From: Gemmatimonadota bacterium
GTDB taxonomy: Bacteria; Gemmatimonadota; Gemmatimonadetes; Gemmatimonadales; GWC2-71-9
Assembly (NCBI GenBank): GCA_020350425.1
Contig: CP070716.1
Location: 2,077,373 to 2,141,372 of the forward strand
DNA length: 64,000 bases
Reading direction: 5' to 3'
Positions 37,843-47,645 of the stretch are shown piece after piece (positions within the stretch are counted from its first letter, which is position 1; each line of letters starts with the position of its first letter). A model generated the notes under the pieces. That model searched no databases, had not been told where the DNA came from, and saw only the letters and a list, made by a program, of their open reading frames with translations. Position numbers and translations under genes: made by a program.

Positions 37843-39173
37843 CGCGAGCTGGTGATCCGAAGAGCGCCACCGAGCGCTACGTGGCCGCATTCGAGTCGTT
37901 CGCGGGCAACGGAGCGAGCGGTGCGCCCGGATGGCTGAAGACCAAGCGTGAGTCGGCGATCAGCCGGTTCGCGGAAACCGGTTTCCCGCACTCCCGCCTG
38001 GAGGCATGGCGCTTCACCGATGTGAAGCCCATTGCCGGCGAGCACTTCGTGCTGGCGGCGAAGCCGGAGGTGAGCGCCGCGATTCGGCAGGCCGCGGACG
38101 CTCAGCTGCTGGGGGGTGCCGAGCGCCACGCTGCGGTCTTCCTGAACGGTCATTTCGTGCCGGAGCTATCGTCGCTGGAGGGGCTTCCGCAGGGCGTGAA
38201 GCTCGGGAGCCTCCGGGCTGCGCTGGAGAGCGACGCGAAGTTGGTGGAGGAGCACTTGACACGGTACGCCCGGGATGAGCGGAATCCGTTGACCGCGCTG
38301 TCCACGGCGTTCATCTCGGACGGCGGCTTCGCCTACATCCCCGACGACGTCGTGCTGGAGCGGCCGCTGCAGCTGCTGTTCCTGGCGGATCCGGCGAGCG
38401 GGTCGAATCCCATGTGGCACCCCCGCACCCTGATCGTGGCCGGGCGCGGCGCCGGAGGTTCACTGGTGGAGAGCTACGTTGCCCTGGGCGACGGCACCTA
38501 CTGGACGAACGCGGTCACCGAGGTCGTGTTGGGCGAGCACGCCAAGATCGACACGTACCGCGTGCAGCGGGAGAGCGTGCAGGCGTACCACACTGCCACA
38601 ACGGAGTCGTACCAGGCACGCGGCAGCGTGTTCAAGCTCGTGAACTTCACGTTTGGCGCGGAGCTCTCGCGGCAGGACATCAACGCGGTGCTGGACGGCG
38701 AAGGCGCCGACTGCACCCTGGACGGGCTCTCGATGCTCGAAGGCCGACAACACACCGATCATCACACCACGTTGGAGCACGCACAGCCGCACTGCACGAG
38801 CTGGGAGTATTTCAACGGCGTGTTCGATGACAGGGCCCGGGGGGTGTTCACTGGACGCATCATCGTCCGGCCCGGCGCGCAGCAAACCGACTCGAAGCAG
38901 ACCAACAACAACCTGCTTCTGTCGGAACGCGCGCGCGCGGACAGCCAGCCACAGCTGGAGATCTATGCGGACGACGTGAAGTGCACGCACGGCGCCACGT
39001 TGGGGCCCATCGACGACGAGCATCTGTTCTATCTCCAGAGTCGTGGGCTGTCGCGCCAGGAAGCGCGCCACCTCCTCACCTATGGCTTCGGCTCGGAGAT
39101 TCTCGAGGCGGTCAAGCTCGACAGATTGAAGGAGCAGCTCGACGGGATGGTACGCGACCGACTCTCCGGGTAA
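37839..39173 (+). CDS. sufD: Fe-S cluster assembly protein SufD
   Basis: 444 aa. EAWRFTDVKPI, C-terminal ...ADDVKCTHGATLGPIDDEHLFYLQSRGL. ATGA overlap with sufC. Confidence 0.93.
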   Translation: MTRAGDPKSATERYVAAFESFAGNGASGAPGWLKTKRESAISRFAETGFPHSRLEAWRFTDVKPIAGEHFVLAAKPEVSAAIRQAADAQLLGGAERHAAVFLNGHFVPELSSLEGLPQGVKLGSLRAALESDAKLVEEHLTRYARDERNPLTALSTAFISDGGFAYIPDDVVLERPLQLLFLADPASGSNPMWHPRTLIVAGRGAGGSLVESYVALGDGTYWTNAVTEVVLGEHAKIDTYRVQRESVQAYHTATTESYQARGSVFKLVNFTFGAELSRQDINAVLDGEGADCTLDGLSMLEGRQHTDHHTTLEHAQPHCTSWEYFNGVFDDRARGVFTGRIIVRPGAQQTDSKQTNNNLLLSERARADSQPQLEIYADDVKCTHGATLGPIDDEHLFYLQSRGLSRQEARHLLTYGFGSEILEAVKLDRLKEQLDGMVRDRLSG

Positions 39174-40450
39174 TGACCATGGTGCGACAGGCTTCCGCCG
39201 CCGCGACTGCCGCGCGCACTGCGGCTCAGCCCATGCTGGATGTGGAGCGGGTTCGGACGGATTTCCCGCTGCTGATGCAGCACCGGGACGGGAAGCCCCT
39301 GGTATACCTCGACAATGCCGCCACCACGCAAAAGCCACAGGTCGTAGTGGATTCGGTGAAGCAGTATTACGAGGGATACAACGCCAACATCCACCGCGGC
39401 GTGTACAAGCTGAGCCAACAGGCCACCGATGCGTACGAAGCGGCCAGGGTGAAGCTCCAACGCTTCGTCAACGCAGCCCAACCTCACGAGATCATCTTCC
39501 TGCGAGGCGTCACGGAGGCGGTCAACCTGGTTGCCCATTCCTTCGGGCGGACCAGCCTCGTCGCGGGCGACGAGGTGGTGATCTCCGCCATGGAGCACCA
39601 TTCCAACATCGTGCCATGGCAGATCGTGTGCGAGGCGACACGGGCACGCCTGCGGATCGTCCCGATGACCGACGAAGGCGAGCTGGAGCTGGACGAGTTC
39701 GAGGGGCTCATCAGTGCCAAGACGAAGCTCGTCGCGCTGGTGCACGTCTCGAACTCCCTGGGCACCATCAACCCCGTCAAGGAGATGGTGGCGATCGCCC
39801 ACGGCCACAACGTCCCGGTGCTAGTGGATGGGGCGCAGGCGACACCGCACATGGCCGTGGACGTGCAGGACCTGGACTGCGACTTCTACGCCCTTTCGGG
39901 TCACAAGATGTTCGGCCCGACGGGAATCGGGATCCTGTACGGCAAGGCCGAGCTGCTCAACGCGATGCCGCCCTACCAGGGGGGCGGCGAGATGATCCGC
40001 TCCGTGTGCTTCGACAAGACGACGTACGCTCCCCTCCCGGCGAAGTTCGAGGCCGGCACGCCGAACATCGCGGGGGCCATCGGGCTGGGTGCGGCAGTGG
40101 ATTACCTCAATGGAATGTCGTGGGACGCGATCCACGCCCACGAGGACGATCTGTTGCGGTACGCCACCGAGTCGCTCGAGACCATCCCCGGGCTCCATGT
40201 CCTCGGTACGGCGAAGGAGAAGGCGAGCGTCGTGTCTTTCGTGCTCGATGGAGTGCACGCGCACGACATCGGCACGATCGTCGACAAGGAGGGGGTCGCC
40301 ATTCGGACGGGGCACCACTGCACCCAGCCCGTGATGGAGCGACTCGGCGTTCCGGCAACGGCGCGCGCGTCCTTTGCGTTCTACAACACGCGAGAAGAGG
40401 TCGACGCGCTCGTCCGCGCCGTCCATCGCGTCCATGAGGTGTTCAGCTGA
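39173..40450 (+). CDS. sufS: cysteine desulfurase SufS (class V aminotransferase, group II)
   Basis: ATG 39173 overlaps the sufD TAA (TAATG). FPLLMQHRDGKPLVYLDNAATTQKP, SGHKMFGPTGIGILYG, RTGHHCTQP. Confidence 0.93.
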   Translation: MTMVRQASAAATAARTAAQPMLDVERVRTDFPLLMQHRDGKPLVYLDNAATTQKPQVVVDSVKQYYEGYNANIHRGVYKLSQQATDAYEAARVKLQRFVNAAQPHEIIFLRGVTEAVNLVAHSFGRTSLVAGDEVVISAMEHHSNIVPWQIVCEATRARLRIVPMTDEGELELDEFEGLISAKTKLVALVHVSNSLGTINPVKEMVAIAHGHNVPVLVDGAQATPHMAVDVQDLDCDFYALSGHKMFGPTGIGILYGKAELLNAMPPYQGGGEMIRSVCFDKTTYAPLPAKFEAGTPNIAGAIGLGAAVDYLNGMSWDAIHAHEDDLLRYATESLETIPGLHVLGTAKEKASVVSFVLDGVHAHDIGTIVDKEGVAIRTGHHCTQPVMERLGVPATARASFAFYNTREEVDALVRAVHRVHEVFS

Positions 40451-40902
40451 TGGCCGATCTCAAGGATCTCTATCAGCAGATCGTCCTCGATCACAATCGC
40501 GCCCCGCGCAACTTCAAGAAGATTCCCAACGCCAGCCATACTGCGGAGGGTACCAACCCCCTGTGCGGTGACGACATCACGCTGTACGTCACTGTGGAGG
40601 GGAACGTCATCAAGGACGTCGGCTTCCAGGGCAAGGGCTGTGCCATTTCACAGGCTTCAGCGTCACTCATGACCTCCACTGTGAAGGGGAAGACGACGGA
40701 GGAGGCGGAGTCCCTGTTCCGCGCCTTTCACGACATGGTGGCCGGGGGCCCCGACGCGCCAGCAGACGACAAGACCCTGGGCAAGCTCGCGGCCCTGGCC
40801 GGCGTGAAGCGATTTCCCGCTCGCGTGAAGTGCGCCAACCTCCCGTGGCATACGCTGCACGCCGCGCTCACCGGCTCGGATGAGCCGGCCTCCACCGAGT
40901 GA
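40450..40902 (+). CDS. sufU: SUF system Fe-S scaffold/sulfur acceptor SufU (NifU-N/IscU-like)
   Basis: 150 aa. LYQQIVLDHNRAPRNF, NPLCGDDITLY, GKGCAISQASASLM, RVKCANLPW. Confidence 0.9.
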   Translation: MADLKDLYQQIVLDHNRAPRNFKKIPNASHTAEGTNPLCGDDITLYVTVEGNVIKDVGFQGKGCAISQASASLMTSTVKGKTTEEAESLFRAFHDMVAGGPDAPADDKTLGKLAALAGVKRFPARVKCANLPWHTLHAALTGSDEPASTE

Positions 40903-41228
40903 CTGAGCCGGGCTTCGAGCGGGTTGCGTCGCTGGGCGACCTGCCCGAGAGCACTCCCGTAGCGGTCGAGCTTTCCACCGGCGAAGGTCTGTGCCTCGTC
41001 AGGGTGAGGGACGAGGTGTTCGCGTTCGCGGATCGGTGCAGCCATGCCGATTTCCCCCTCAGCGACGGTGAGATGGTCGACGACCACGCCATCGAGTGCC
41101 CGCTTCACGGGGCGCAATTCGACGTTCGGACCGGCGAGGCGATCGTGGCTCCGGGGAGCGAGAATCTCGCGCTGTACGAGGTGACGTTGCAGGGGACTGA
41201 CGTCCTCGTGCGGGGTGGAGGGGAGTGA
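40899..41228 (+). CDS. Rieske [2Fe-2S] ferredoxin-like protein
   Basis: 109 aa. CSHADFPLSDG...CPLHGAQF (CxH...CxxH). The GTG start overlaps the sufU stop (GTGA). Confidence 0.88.
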   Translation: MTEPGFERVASLGDLPESTPVAVELSTGEGLCLVRVRDEVFAFADRCSHADFPLSDGEMVDDHAIECPLHGAQFDVRTGEAIVAPGSENLALYEVTLQGTDVLVRGGGE

Positions 41229-41259
41229 TCCCGCCCCACGCACGGGCCCTGCGGCGGCC

Positions 41260-41925
41260 TTAGCGCCGGCGGTCTGCGACGGCTTTCCGGCGGCACTCCT
41301 CGGCCACGTCCAGCACAAACTCGCGAGGCATCGAGGCGGCCACGGCGCGGGCCGTTCCCCGCTCAATCCATAGGGCCACCTCGTATCCGTACGCCTCGCC
41401 GCCGGTCACCCCGCCCTCGGGAACGGATCGACCAACGACGTCCACCCCGGGAAGGGCGAAGTAGGTGAGCTCGGTAGTGCGGTAGCGGTAGACGACCGCT
41501 GCACCCCGCACGCCGCCCAAGTCCGCGACCGACGCGCCGACCAGGCGGGCGCCGGTGATGGCAGGAATCTCCACGCCGTAGCCCACGACCGATTCGAGCC
41601 ACTGCGCGAGTGCGGCGCTATCGGAGCTCTCCATGGCGGCCGCCTTGGCCAGCCCACGCTGCGCCTCCCGCGCCAGATGCCGAGCGGGAGTGCTCCCCCC
41701 GAGTCCGCTGACCAGCACCAACACCGCAGTTATGGCAGCCGTGGCACCGGCGGCGGTCAAGAACCTGACGTGACGCCGCCGGCTCTGCCGAGTCGCCTCC
41801 CGTGCCAGAGCCTCGCGGAGTCGGTTCTCGAGGTGGGGTGGGGCGGCCAGGGTTGCGGAGAAGGTCCTCAGGCGCAGCCCGAGGGCCGGGTAGTGGTCGA
41901 AGCACTCCTGATCTTCGGGCCGCAT
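41260..41925 (-). CDS. anti-sigma-factor-like single-pass membrane protein (orphan)
   Basis: 221 aa with a central TM (FLTAAGATAAITAVLVLVSGLGG). The periplasmic part LVGASVADLGGVRGAAVVYRYRTTELTYFAL resembles RsiW/anti-ECF C-domains. No sigma gene is adjacent. Confidence 0.45.
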   Translation of the reverse strand: MRPEDQECFDHYPALGLRLRTFSATLAAPPHLENRLREALAREATRQSRRRHVRFLTAAGATAAITAVLVLVSGLGGSTPARHLAREAQRGLAKAAAMESSDSAALAQWLESVVGYGVEIPAITGARLVGASVADLGGVRGAAVVYRYRTTELTYFALPGVDVVGRSVPEGGVTGGEAYGYEVALWIERGTARAVAASMPREFVLDVAEECRRKAVADRRR

Positions 41926-42059
41926 GACCGGTCGACTCCTTCGACCACAGATAACCGGTCCCCGGGGTCGGCAGTTCCCAGGAGACGCGCAGTCATTGGC
42001 GGGGTTGGACTCGGGATTCGACGGGGTGTATTGTTGGGCGCCGAAGGAGGGCAGGCGCC

Positions 42060-43025
42060 ATGAACGGAAGTGGTCTGGTTGTCGAGATCCAGGGAATCAC
42101 GAAGCGTTTTGCCGGACACACGGCGGTGCGCGATCTCTCCCTCTCGGTCCGGTCCGGATCGGTCTACGGACTCCTCGGCCCCAACGGGGCCGGCAAGACG
42201 ACGACCATCCGGATGATCATGAACATCATCGTCCCCGACAAAGGGCGGGTGACGCTCTTCGGCGGCTCTGCCACTGGCCGGGACCTCTCGTCGAAGATTG
42301 GCTACCTCCCCGAGGAGCGGGGGCTGTACAAGAAGATGAAGGTGTTCGACCTCGTGGTCTTCCTGGCCGAGGCGAAGGGTGTGGATCGGCGCAGCGCGAA
42401 ACACGATGCGCACCTTTGGCTCGACCGCCTCGGACTCTCGGACTGGGAGCAGAAGAAGGTCGACGATCTGTCCAAGGGGATGCAGCAGAAGGTGCAGTTC
42501 ATCTCCACCGTGCTGCACGCCCCGGAGCTGCTCATTCTGGACGAGCCGTTCTCGGGGTTCGACCCGGTGAACACCCAACTCATGAAGAACGTGGTCGTGG
42601 AGATGGCGCGTGCCGGCACCACCGTGCTCTTCTCCACGCATATCATGGAGCAGGCCGAACGGCTGTGTGATTCGGTCTGCATCATCGCACGCGGGCAGAA
42701 GGTGGTCGACGGTCCGCTGGCCGAGGTCAAGCGCAACCACGGGGGCAGCCATGTCATCGTGGCCGTGGAGCAGGGAAACGCCGAAGTCGACCGGCTGCTG
42801 CAGGATCCCTCGCTGGTGGCGAAGGCCGACAACTACGGCCAGTACGCCGAAGTGGAATTGGTGGAGGGTGGCGACGCCCAGCAGCTGCTGCACAGGCTGG
42901 TGAGCACGGGCGCCAGGGTGGGTCGCTTCGAGATTGCGGAGCCCACGCTGCACAAGGTCTTCATCGACCTCGTGGGTCGAGAGGCCGCCGAGGCCCGGGC
43001 CGAGGAGGTGAAGACCGATGCGTAA
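42060..43025 (+). CDS. ABC transporter ATP-binding protein (ABC-2/NatA-like)
   Basis: Walker A GPNGAGKTTT, signature LSKGMQQKVQF, Walker B LLILDEPFSGFD. Confidence 0.92.
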   Translation: MNGSGLVVEIQGITKRFAGHTAVRDLSLSVRSGSVYGLLGPNGAGKTTTIRMIMNIIVPDKGRVTLFGGSATGRDLSSKIGYLPEERGLYKKMKVFDLVVFLAEAKGVDRRSAKHDAHLWLDRLGLSDWEQKKVDDLSKGMQQKVQFISTVLHAPELLILDEPFSGFDPVNTQLMKNVVVEMARAGTTVLFSTHIMEQAERLCDSVCIIARGQKVVDGPLAEVKRNHGGSHVIVAVEQGNAEVDRLLQDPSLVAKADNYGQYAEVELVEGGDAQQLLHRLVSTGARVGRFEIAEPTLHKVFIDLVGREAAEARAEEVKTDA

Positions 43026-44292
43026 GGTCTGGGTCGTGATCCGGCGTGAGTTCACCGAGAAGGTGCGCAACAAGTGGTTCATCATCTCGACGCTCCTGGT
43101 CCCGCTGCTGATGGCGTCGGCGATCGTGCTTCCCATCCTTTTGGCCGAGCGGGGCGGCGGGCACCGTGCCATCGCCGTGATCGACATGACGACCACGGAG
43201 TTCGGCCTGCACGTGACGGACCGGCTGGATGCCGCGGAGCGCGTCACCGCCACTCGGATCAAGACAGAGGTGGTGGATATGGAGGAGACGGCCGACTCGC
43301 TCACGGAGCTGGTCGGCCTGAAGCGCCTGGACGGTTATCTCGTGGTGAGCGACGAGACGGTCGAGGATGGGCGCGCCGAGTACCGCGGCGCGAACATCTC
43401 CTCGTTGACGGACATGCAGGCGATGGAACGACTCCTGCGGCAGGCCGTGCTGGTGGAGCGCCTCGATCGGGTCGGCGTCGACCCGGAGCTCGTGCAACGG
43501 GCGCAGATCCCCGTCACCATGCAGACCATTGGCATCAGGGGCGGCAAGCTCACGGACGAGTCAGGCGAGGCGCGCTTCTTCTTCGCCTATACGGTGTGGT
43601 TCGTGCTCTACATCGCGATTCTGATCTACGGGGTGCAGGTCATGGGATCCGTGGTGGAGGAGAAGACCTCGCGGATCATCGAAGTATTGGTCTCGAGCCT
43701 CAGGCCGTTTCAATTGTTGGCCGGCAAGGTGCTCGGGGTGGGAACGGTGGGCCTGTTCCAGTTCATGATCTGGGGCGTGTCGGCATGGGTGCTGATCCGC
43801 CACCGCGACGTCGTCCTGGGTGTGCTCGGAATCGAGGTGCCGACGGGTTCGGGGTTTCGCCTGCCGAACGTGACGGCCGGCACTCTGGCCATCATCGTCA
43901 CCTTCTTCCTGCTCGGGTACTTCCTGTACGCAGCGATGTTCGCCGCCGTGGCGGCCATGTCGAGCAGCGAGGCGGAGGCCCGGCAGGCGCAGACCCCCGT
44001 CGTCATGCTGCTCGTGCTTCCTTCCGTCTTGTTGATCGGGCTGTTGCAGCAACCCGATAGCGTTCTGGCGGTGACCCTCTCGCTCATCCCCTTCAGCTCA
44101 CCCATCGCGATGCCCGTCCGGTGGGCGGCGGCAGAGGTGCCGCTGCCGGAGGTCCTGGCTTCGGTCGGGCTGCTCCTGATAGCGCTATGGCTGGTCACGT
44201 GGATCGCGGCGCGGATCTACCGCGTGGGCATCCTGATGTACGGCAAGCGGCCGAATCTCAAGGAACTGCTACGCTGGGTGCGCACCGCATGA
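43018..44292 (+). CDS. ABC-2 type transporter permease (NatB-like)
   Basis: 424 aa. N-terminal TM, large extracytoplasmic loop, then about 5 C-terminal TMs. 8-nt overlap with the ATPase gene. Confidence 0.8.
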   Translation: MRKVWVVIRREFTEKVRNKWFIISTLLVPLLMASAIVLPILLAERGGGHRAIAVIDMTTTEFGLHVTDRLDAAERVTATRIKTEVVDMEETADSLTELVGLKRLDGYLVVSDETVEDGRAEYRGANISSLTDMQAMERLLRQAVLVERLDRVGVDPELVQRAQIPVTMQTIGIRGGKLTDESGEARFFFAYTVWFVLYIAILIYGVQVMGSVVEEKTSRIIEVLVSSLRPFQLLAGKVLGVGTVGLFQFMIWGVSAWVLIRHRDVVLGVLGIEVPTGSGFRLPNVTAGTLAIIVTFFLLGYFLYAAMFAAVAAMSSSEAEARQAQTPVVMLLVLPSVLLIGLLQQPDSVLAVTLSLIPFSSPIAMPVRWAAAEVPLPEVLASVGLLLIALWLVTWIAARIYRVGILMYGKRPNLKELLRWVRTA

Positions 44293-44342
44293 TCTGAGGT
44301 GGGGCGGACCCGGTCGGATCGACATCGTGTCGGAGATCGATT

Positions 44343-45188
44343 ATGGATGCCACCCAACTCGCCCTCCATGCGGAAATGGAGGAGACGCACTGGTGGTTCC
44401 TCGGGCGCAGAGAGATCCTGCGGACGGTCCTGCGGCGGCTCGTCCCACCCGGCGGGCAGCACCTCGTGGTGGATGTGGGATGCGGCACCGGCGGGAATGT
44501 GGGAGCGCTGGCCCCTGAGTACCGGACTGTTGGGATCGACACGTCGCGTTACGCCATCGAGCTGGCGGAGCAGCGATACCCCGCGGTGCGGTTCTGGCAG
44601 GGGGAGCTCGCAGACCTGCCGCCTGAGGTGGACGCGTCCGCCGACGCGTACTTGCTCATGGATGTGCTCGAGCACGTCCCCGACGACTTCCTCCTCCTCT
44701 CGACCCTGCTCGCCCGCTGCAGGCGTGGGGCACTGGTTGTGATCACGGTGCCGGCGCACGAGCATCTCTGGTCCGCTCACGATGAGGCCCTGGGCCACTT
44801 CCGACGCTACGATGAGGCGCGGCTCGCCATGGTGTGGCGCGGCCTCCCGGTCAGGGTCCGGCTGCTGTCGTACTTCTGTGCGCGACTCTACCCGGTGGTA
44901 CGGCTGGCACGCTGGACCTCGCGCCAGTCGGGACGCAGCATGGGTCGGCACGGCACGGATCTGCGGGTACCACCGGCCCCGGTCAATCGCCTGCTGGCGT
45001 GGTTGTTCCGCGGTGAGGCCGGTGTCATCACCGGGCTGCTGGAAGGACGACGGTCCGCGGGATACCGTACCGGGAGCAGCCTGCTCGCGGTGCTCGAGGT
45101 CGAAGAGGAGGGCATCAGCCCCCGTACAAAGGTCGGCGGAGCGGCACCCGATCGCCATGTACCCCCTCCGGTCGTGAGCCATGACTGA
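44343..45188 (+). CDS. class I SAM-dependent methyltransferase
   Basis: Motif I VVDVGCGTGGN, followed by LLMDVLEHVPDD. Confidence 0.8.
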   Translation: MDATQLALHAEMEETHWWFLGRREILRTVLRRLVPPGGQHLVVDVGCGTGGNVGALAPEYRTVGIDTSRYAIELAEQRYPAVRFWQGELADLPPEVDASADAYLLMDVLEHVPDDFLLLSTLLARCRRGALVVITVPAHEHLWSAHDEALGHFRRYDEARLAMVWRGLPVRVRLLSYFCARLYPVVRLARWTSRQSGRSMGRHGTDLRVPPAPVNRLLAWLFRGEAGVITGLLEGRRSAGYRTGSSLLAVLEVEEEGISPRTKVGGAAPDRHVPPPVVSHD

Positions 45189-45930
45189 CGCGACGATTGT
45201 CGTTCCCTGCTACAACGAAGCAGACCGGTTGCCGGCGGAAGAGTTCGGTGAGTTCATCGCAGGCCACTCGGAGATCGGCTTCATCTTCGTGGACGACGGC
45301 AGCGGCGATGCAACGGGCGAGAGGCTGCGAGCACTCGCGGGCCTTTGCCCCGAGCGCTGCACCGTGTTCACCCTGCCGGAGAACGCGGGGAAAGCCGAGG
45401 CGGTGCGGCAGGGAATGGGCCAGGCGTTCGAGACCGGAGCGACGTACGTGGGCTACTGGGACGCAGACCTCTCCACCCCCCTCGGCGAGATCATCCCGAT
45501 GCGGGACCTGCTCGGAGCCGATGCGGAGCTCGAGATGGTGTTCGGTTCGCGGGTGCGGCTCCTGGGACGGGCCATTCACCGCCACGCCCTGCGCCACTAC
45601 CTCGGGCGCGTGTTCGCCACGGTCGCCTCGCTGATGCTCGGACTGCCGGTGTACGACACCCAGTGTGGCGCCAAGCTGATGCGTGCGTCTCCGGCGGTTC
45701 GCGAGCTGTTCGTCGAGCCCTTCGTGGCCAAGTGGATCTTCGACGTGGAGGTTATCGCGCGCCTGATCCGGTCGCTCGGTCCAGATGGCCGGCAGCGTGC
45801 GCAGGAGGTGATCTCCGAGTACCCGCTGCGGGCGTGGCGTGACGTCGGCGGGAGCAAGCTGCGCCTGTCCGACTTCGCGCGAGCCGCGGGTGACATGGTG
45901 AAGATCCACCGGCGGTACCTGACCGCGTGA
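45181..45930 (+). CDS. family 2 glycosyltransferase (polyprenyl-phosphate sugar synthase-like)
   Basis: IVVPCYNEADRL, FVDDGSGDAT, ENAGKAEAVRQG, WDADLSTP, QCGAKL. 8-nt overlap with the methyltransferase gene. Confidence 0.85.
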   Translation: MTDATIVVPCYNEADRLPAEEFGEFIAGHSEIGFIFVDDGSGDATGERLRALAGLCPERCTVFTLPENAGKAEAVRQGMGQAFETGATYVGYWDADLSTPLGEIIPMRDLLGADAELEMVFGSRVRLLGRAIHRHALRHYLGRVFATVASLMLGLPVYDTQCGAKLMRASPAVRELFVEPFVAKWIFDVEVIARLIRSLGPDGRQRAQEVISEYPLRAWRDVGGSKLRLSDFARAAGDMVKIHRRYLTA

Positions 45931-47609
45931 GACGAGTGGTCGAACGTATCGCGGCGATCCTGCGTGCGTCGGTCGGGCGCACCGACAGGCTCTATCTGCT
46001 GGCCGTGTTCTTGGCGGCGATCGGCGCGCTCCGCATCATGGGAACCTACGGCGTCTATAACGGGACCTGGGACGAGCCGGCGCACCTGGCGTGCGGGATG
46101 GAACTGGTGCAGCTCGGCGAGTACACCTATGAACCGCAACACCCCCCGCTTGCGCGCATCGCGGTGGCGCTGGGGCCGTACCTGGATGGGATTCGCGGGT
46201 TCTCGCCGAAGCCTCGGTCGATGTGGGTCGAGGGCCAGTACATGTTGTACTTCGGCGGGAGCTACTTCCGCACACTGAGCCTGGCCCGCATGGGAGTGCT
46301 TCCGTTCTTCCTGTTGGGTGCGGGGCTGATCTGGTGGTGGGGGCGCCGACTGTTCGACGGGCCCACCGCACTCGTCGCCGTGCTGCTGTACACGCTGACA
46401 CCGGCCGTGCTCGCGCACGCTGGAGTGGCCACCACGGACATGGCGGTGACCGCGACCATGCTGGCGGCCCTGATCGCCTGGGTGGCCTGGCTCGAGAAGC
46501 CCTCGCTGGACCGGGGGGCCCTGCTCGGTGTAGCGGCTGGACTCGCCCTCATGACCAAGTTCTCGGCCGTGGTGTTCCTCCCGGTGTGCGGGGTCGCGAT
46601 TCTCGGGCTGCGTTGGCTGGTGGAACGGCGGGCGTGGGGCCACGTGCTGGGCATCGGACGCATTGGGTGGTGGTCGCTCGGGGTGGCGCTGCTGGTGGGC
46701 TTCGTGGTGTGCTGGGCCGCGTATGGATTCTCGCTGGGTCCGCTGGTGACGCCGCGCGCAGGAGAATCGGGTGCGTTGGCAGGCATCGCGACACTCCCGA
46801 TCTTCCCGCTCAGCGAGATGGTGCACGGCATTCGGGCTGTGGTGGAGCACAACGCGGCTGGTCATCCGTCCTATCTGTTCGGGCGCCTGAGCCAGTGGGG
46901 GTGGTGGTACTACTTCCCGATCGCCTTCGCGTTCAAGACGCCAATCGCGTTCCTGGCGCTGACCGGGATCGGGGTGGTGCTGTTGGTGAAGCGTACCCTG
47001 AAGGAGCGCGATTGGGTGGTAGCCGTGCCGCCAGTGTGCGCGGCGGTGGTGCTGCTCGTCAGCCTCACCGCCAACATCAACATCGGGATCCGGCACATTC
47101 TCATCGTCTATCCCCTGCTGGCGTTCGTGGCCGCGTACGGTGCCGTATCCTGGCTGCGGTCAGGGCACACGGTTCGTCGGCTGGCCGTGACCGGTTTGCT
47201 GCTCTGGAGCATCGAGGCGTCGGTGGCCGCGCATCCCGACTACCTGCCCTACTTCAACGAGCTTGCCGGGTCCAGGCCGGAGCGGATCATCATCTCGGGA
47301 GATCTGGACTGGGGTCAGGACCTGCACCGTCTCGGTGCGGCGGTGGCCGTTCGGGAGGTTGATGAGGTTGCCGTCGCGTATTTCGGATCGGCGATCCCGG
47401 CGATGCACATTGCGGCGCGAGTCCGTACGCTGGAGGCGCACCAGCGCGCGACCGGGTGGATAGCGGTAAGCATGTGGCGTCTCGCGTACGACGATACGGA
47501 GGTGCCTCCGCACGATGGCTACGCGTGGTTGAGGGAGTTCCAACCCGAGGCGCGCGTCGGTCGCTCGATCCTGCTGTACCACGTGCCGGACTCCGCGTCT
47601 GGCCGGTAG
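45927..47609 (+). CDS. GT-C fold glycosyltransferase (family 39 / ArnT-PMT-like)
   Basis: 560 aa, polytopic. First-loop motif YNGTWDEPAHL...EPQHPPLARI is typical of ArnT/PMT enzymes. GTGA overlap with the GT2 gene. Confidence 0.8.
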   Translation: MRRVVERIAAILRASVGRTDRLYLLAVFLAAIGALRIMGTYGVYNGTWDEPAHLACGMELVQLGEYTYEPQHPPLARIAVALGPYLDGIRGFSPKPRSMWVEGQYMLYFGGSYFRTLSLARMGVLPFFLLGAGLIWWWGRRLFDGPTALVAVLLYTLTPAVLAHAGVATTDMAVTATMLAALIAWVAWLEKPSLDRGALLGVAAGLALMTKFSAVVFLPVCGVAILGLRWLVERRAWGHVLGIGRIGWWSLGVALLVGFVVCWAAYGFSLGPLVTPRAGESGALAGIATLPIFPLSEMVHGIRAVVEHNAAGHPSYLFGRLSQWGWWYYFPIAFAFKTPIAFLALTGIGVVLLVKRTLKERDWVVAVPPVCAAVVLLVSLTANINIGIRHILIVYPLLAFVAAYGAVSWLRSGHTVRRLAVTGLLLWSIEASVAAHPDYLPYFNELAGSRPERIIISGDLDWGQDLHRLGAAVAVREVDEVAVAYFGSAIPAMHIAARVRTLEAHQRATGWIAVSMWRLAYDDTEVPPHDGYAWLREFQPEARVGRSILLYHVPDSASGR

Positions 47610-47645
47610 ACCGGGGTCCCGGCCCCCGGTATCTTCTTTCCTCGC

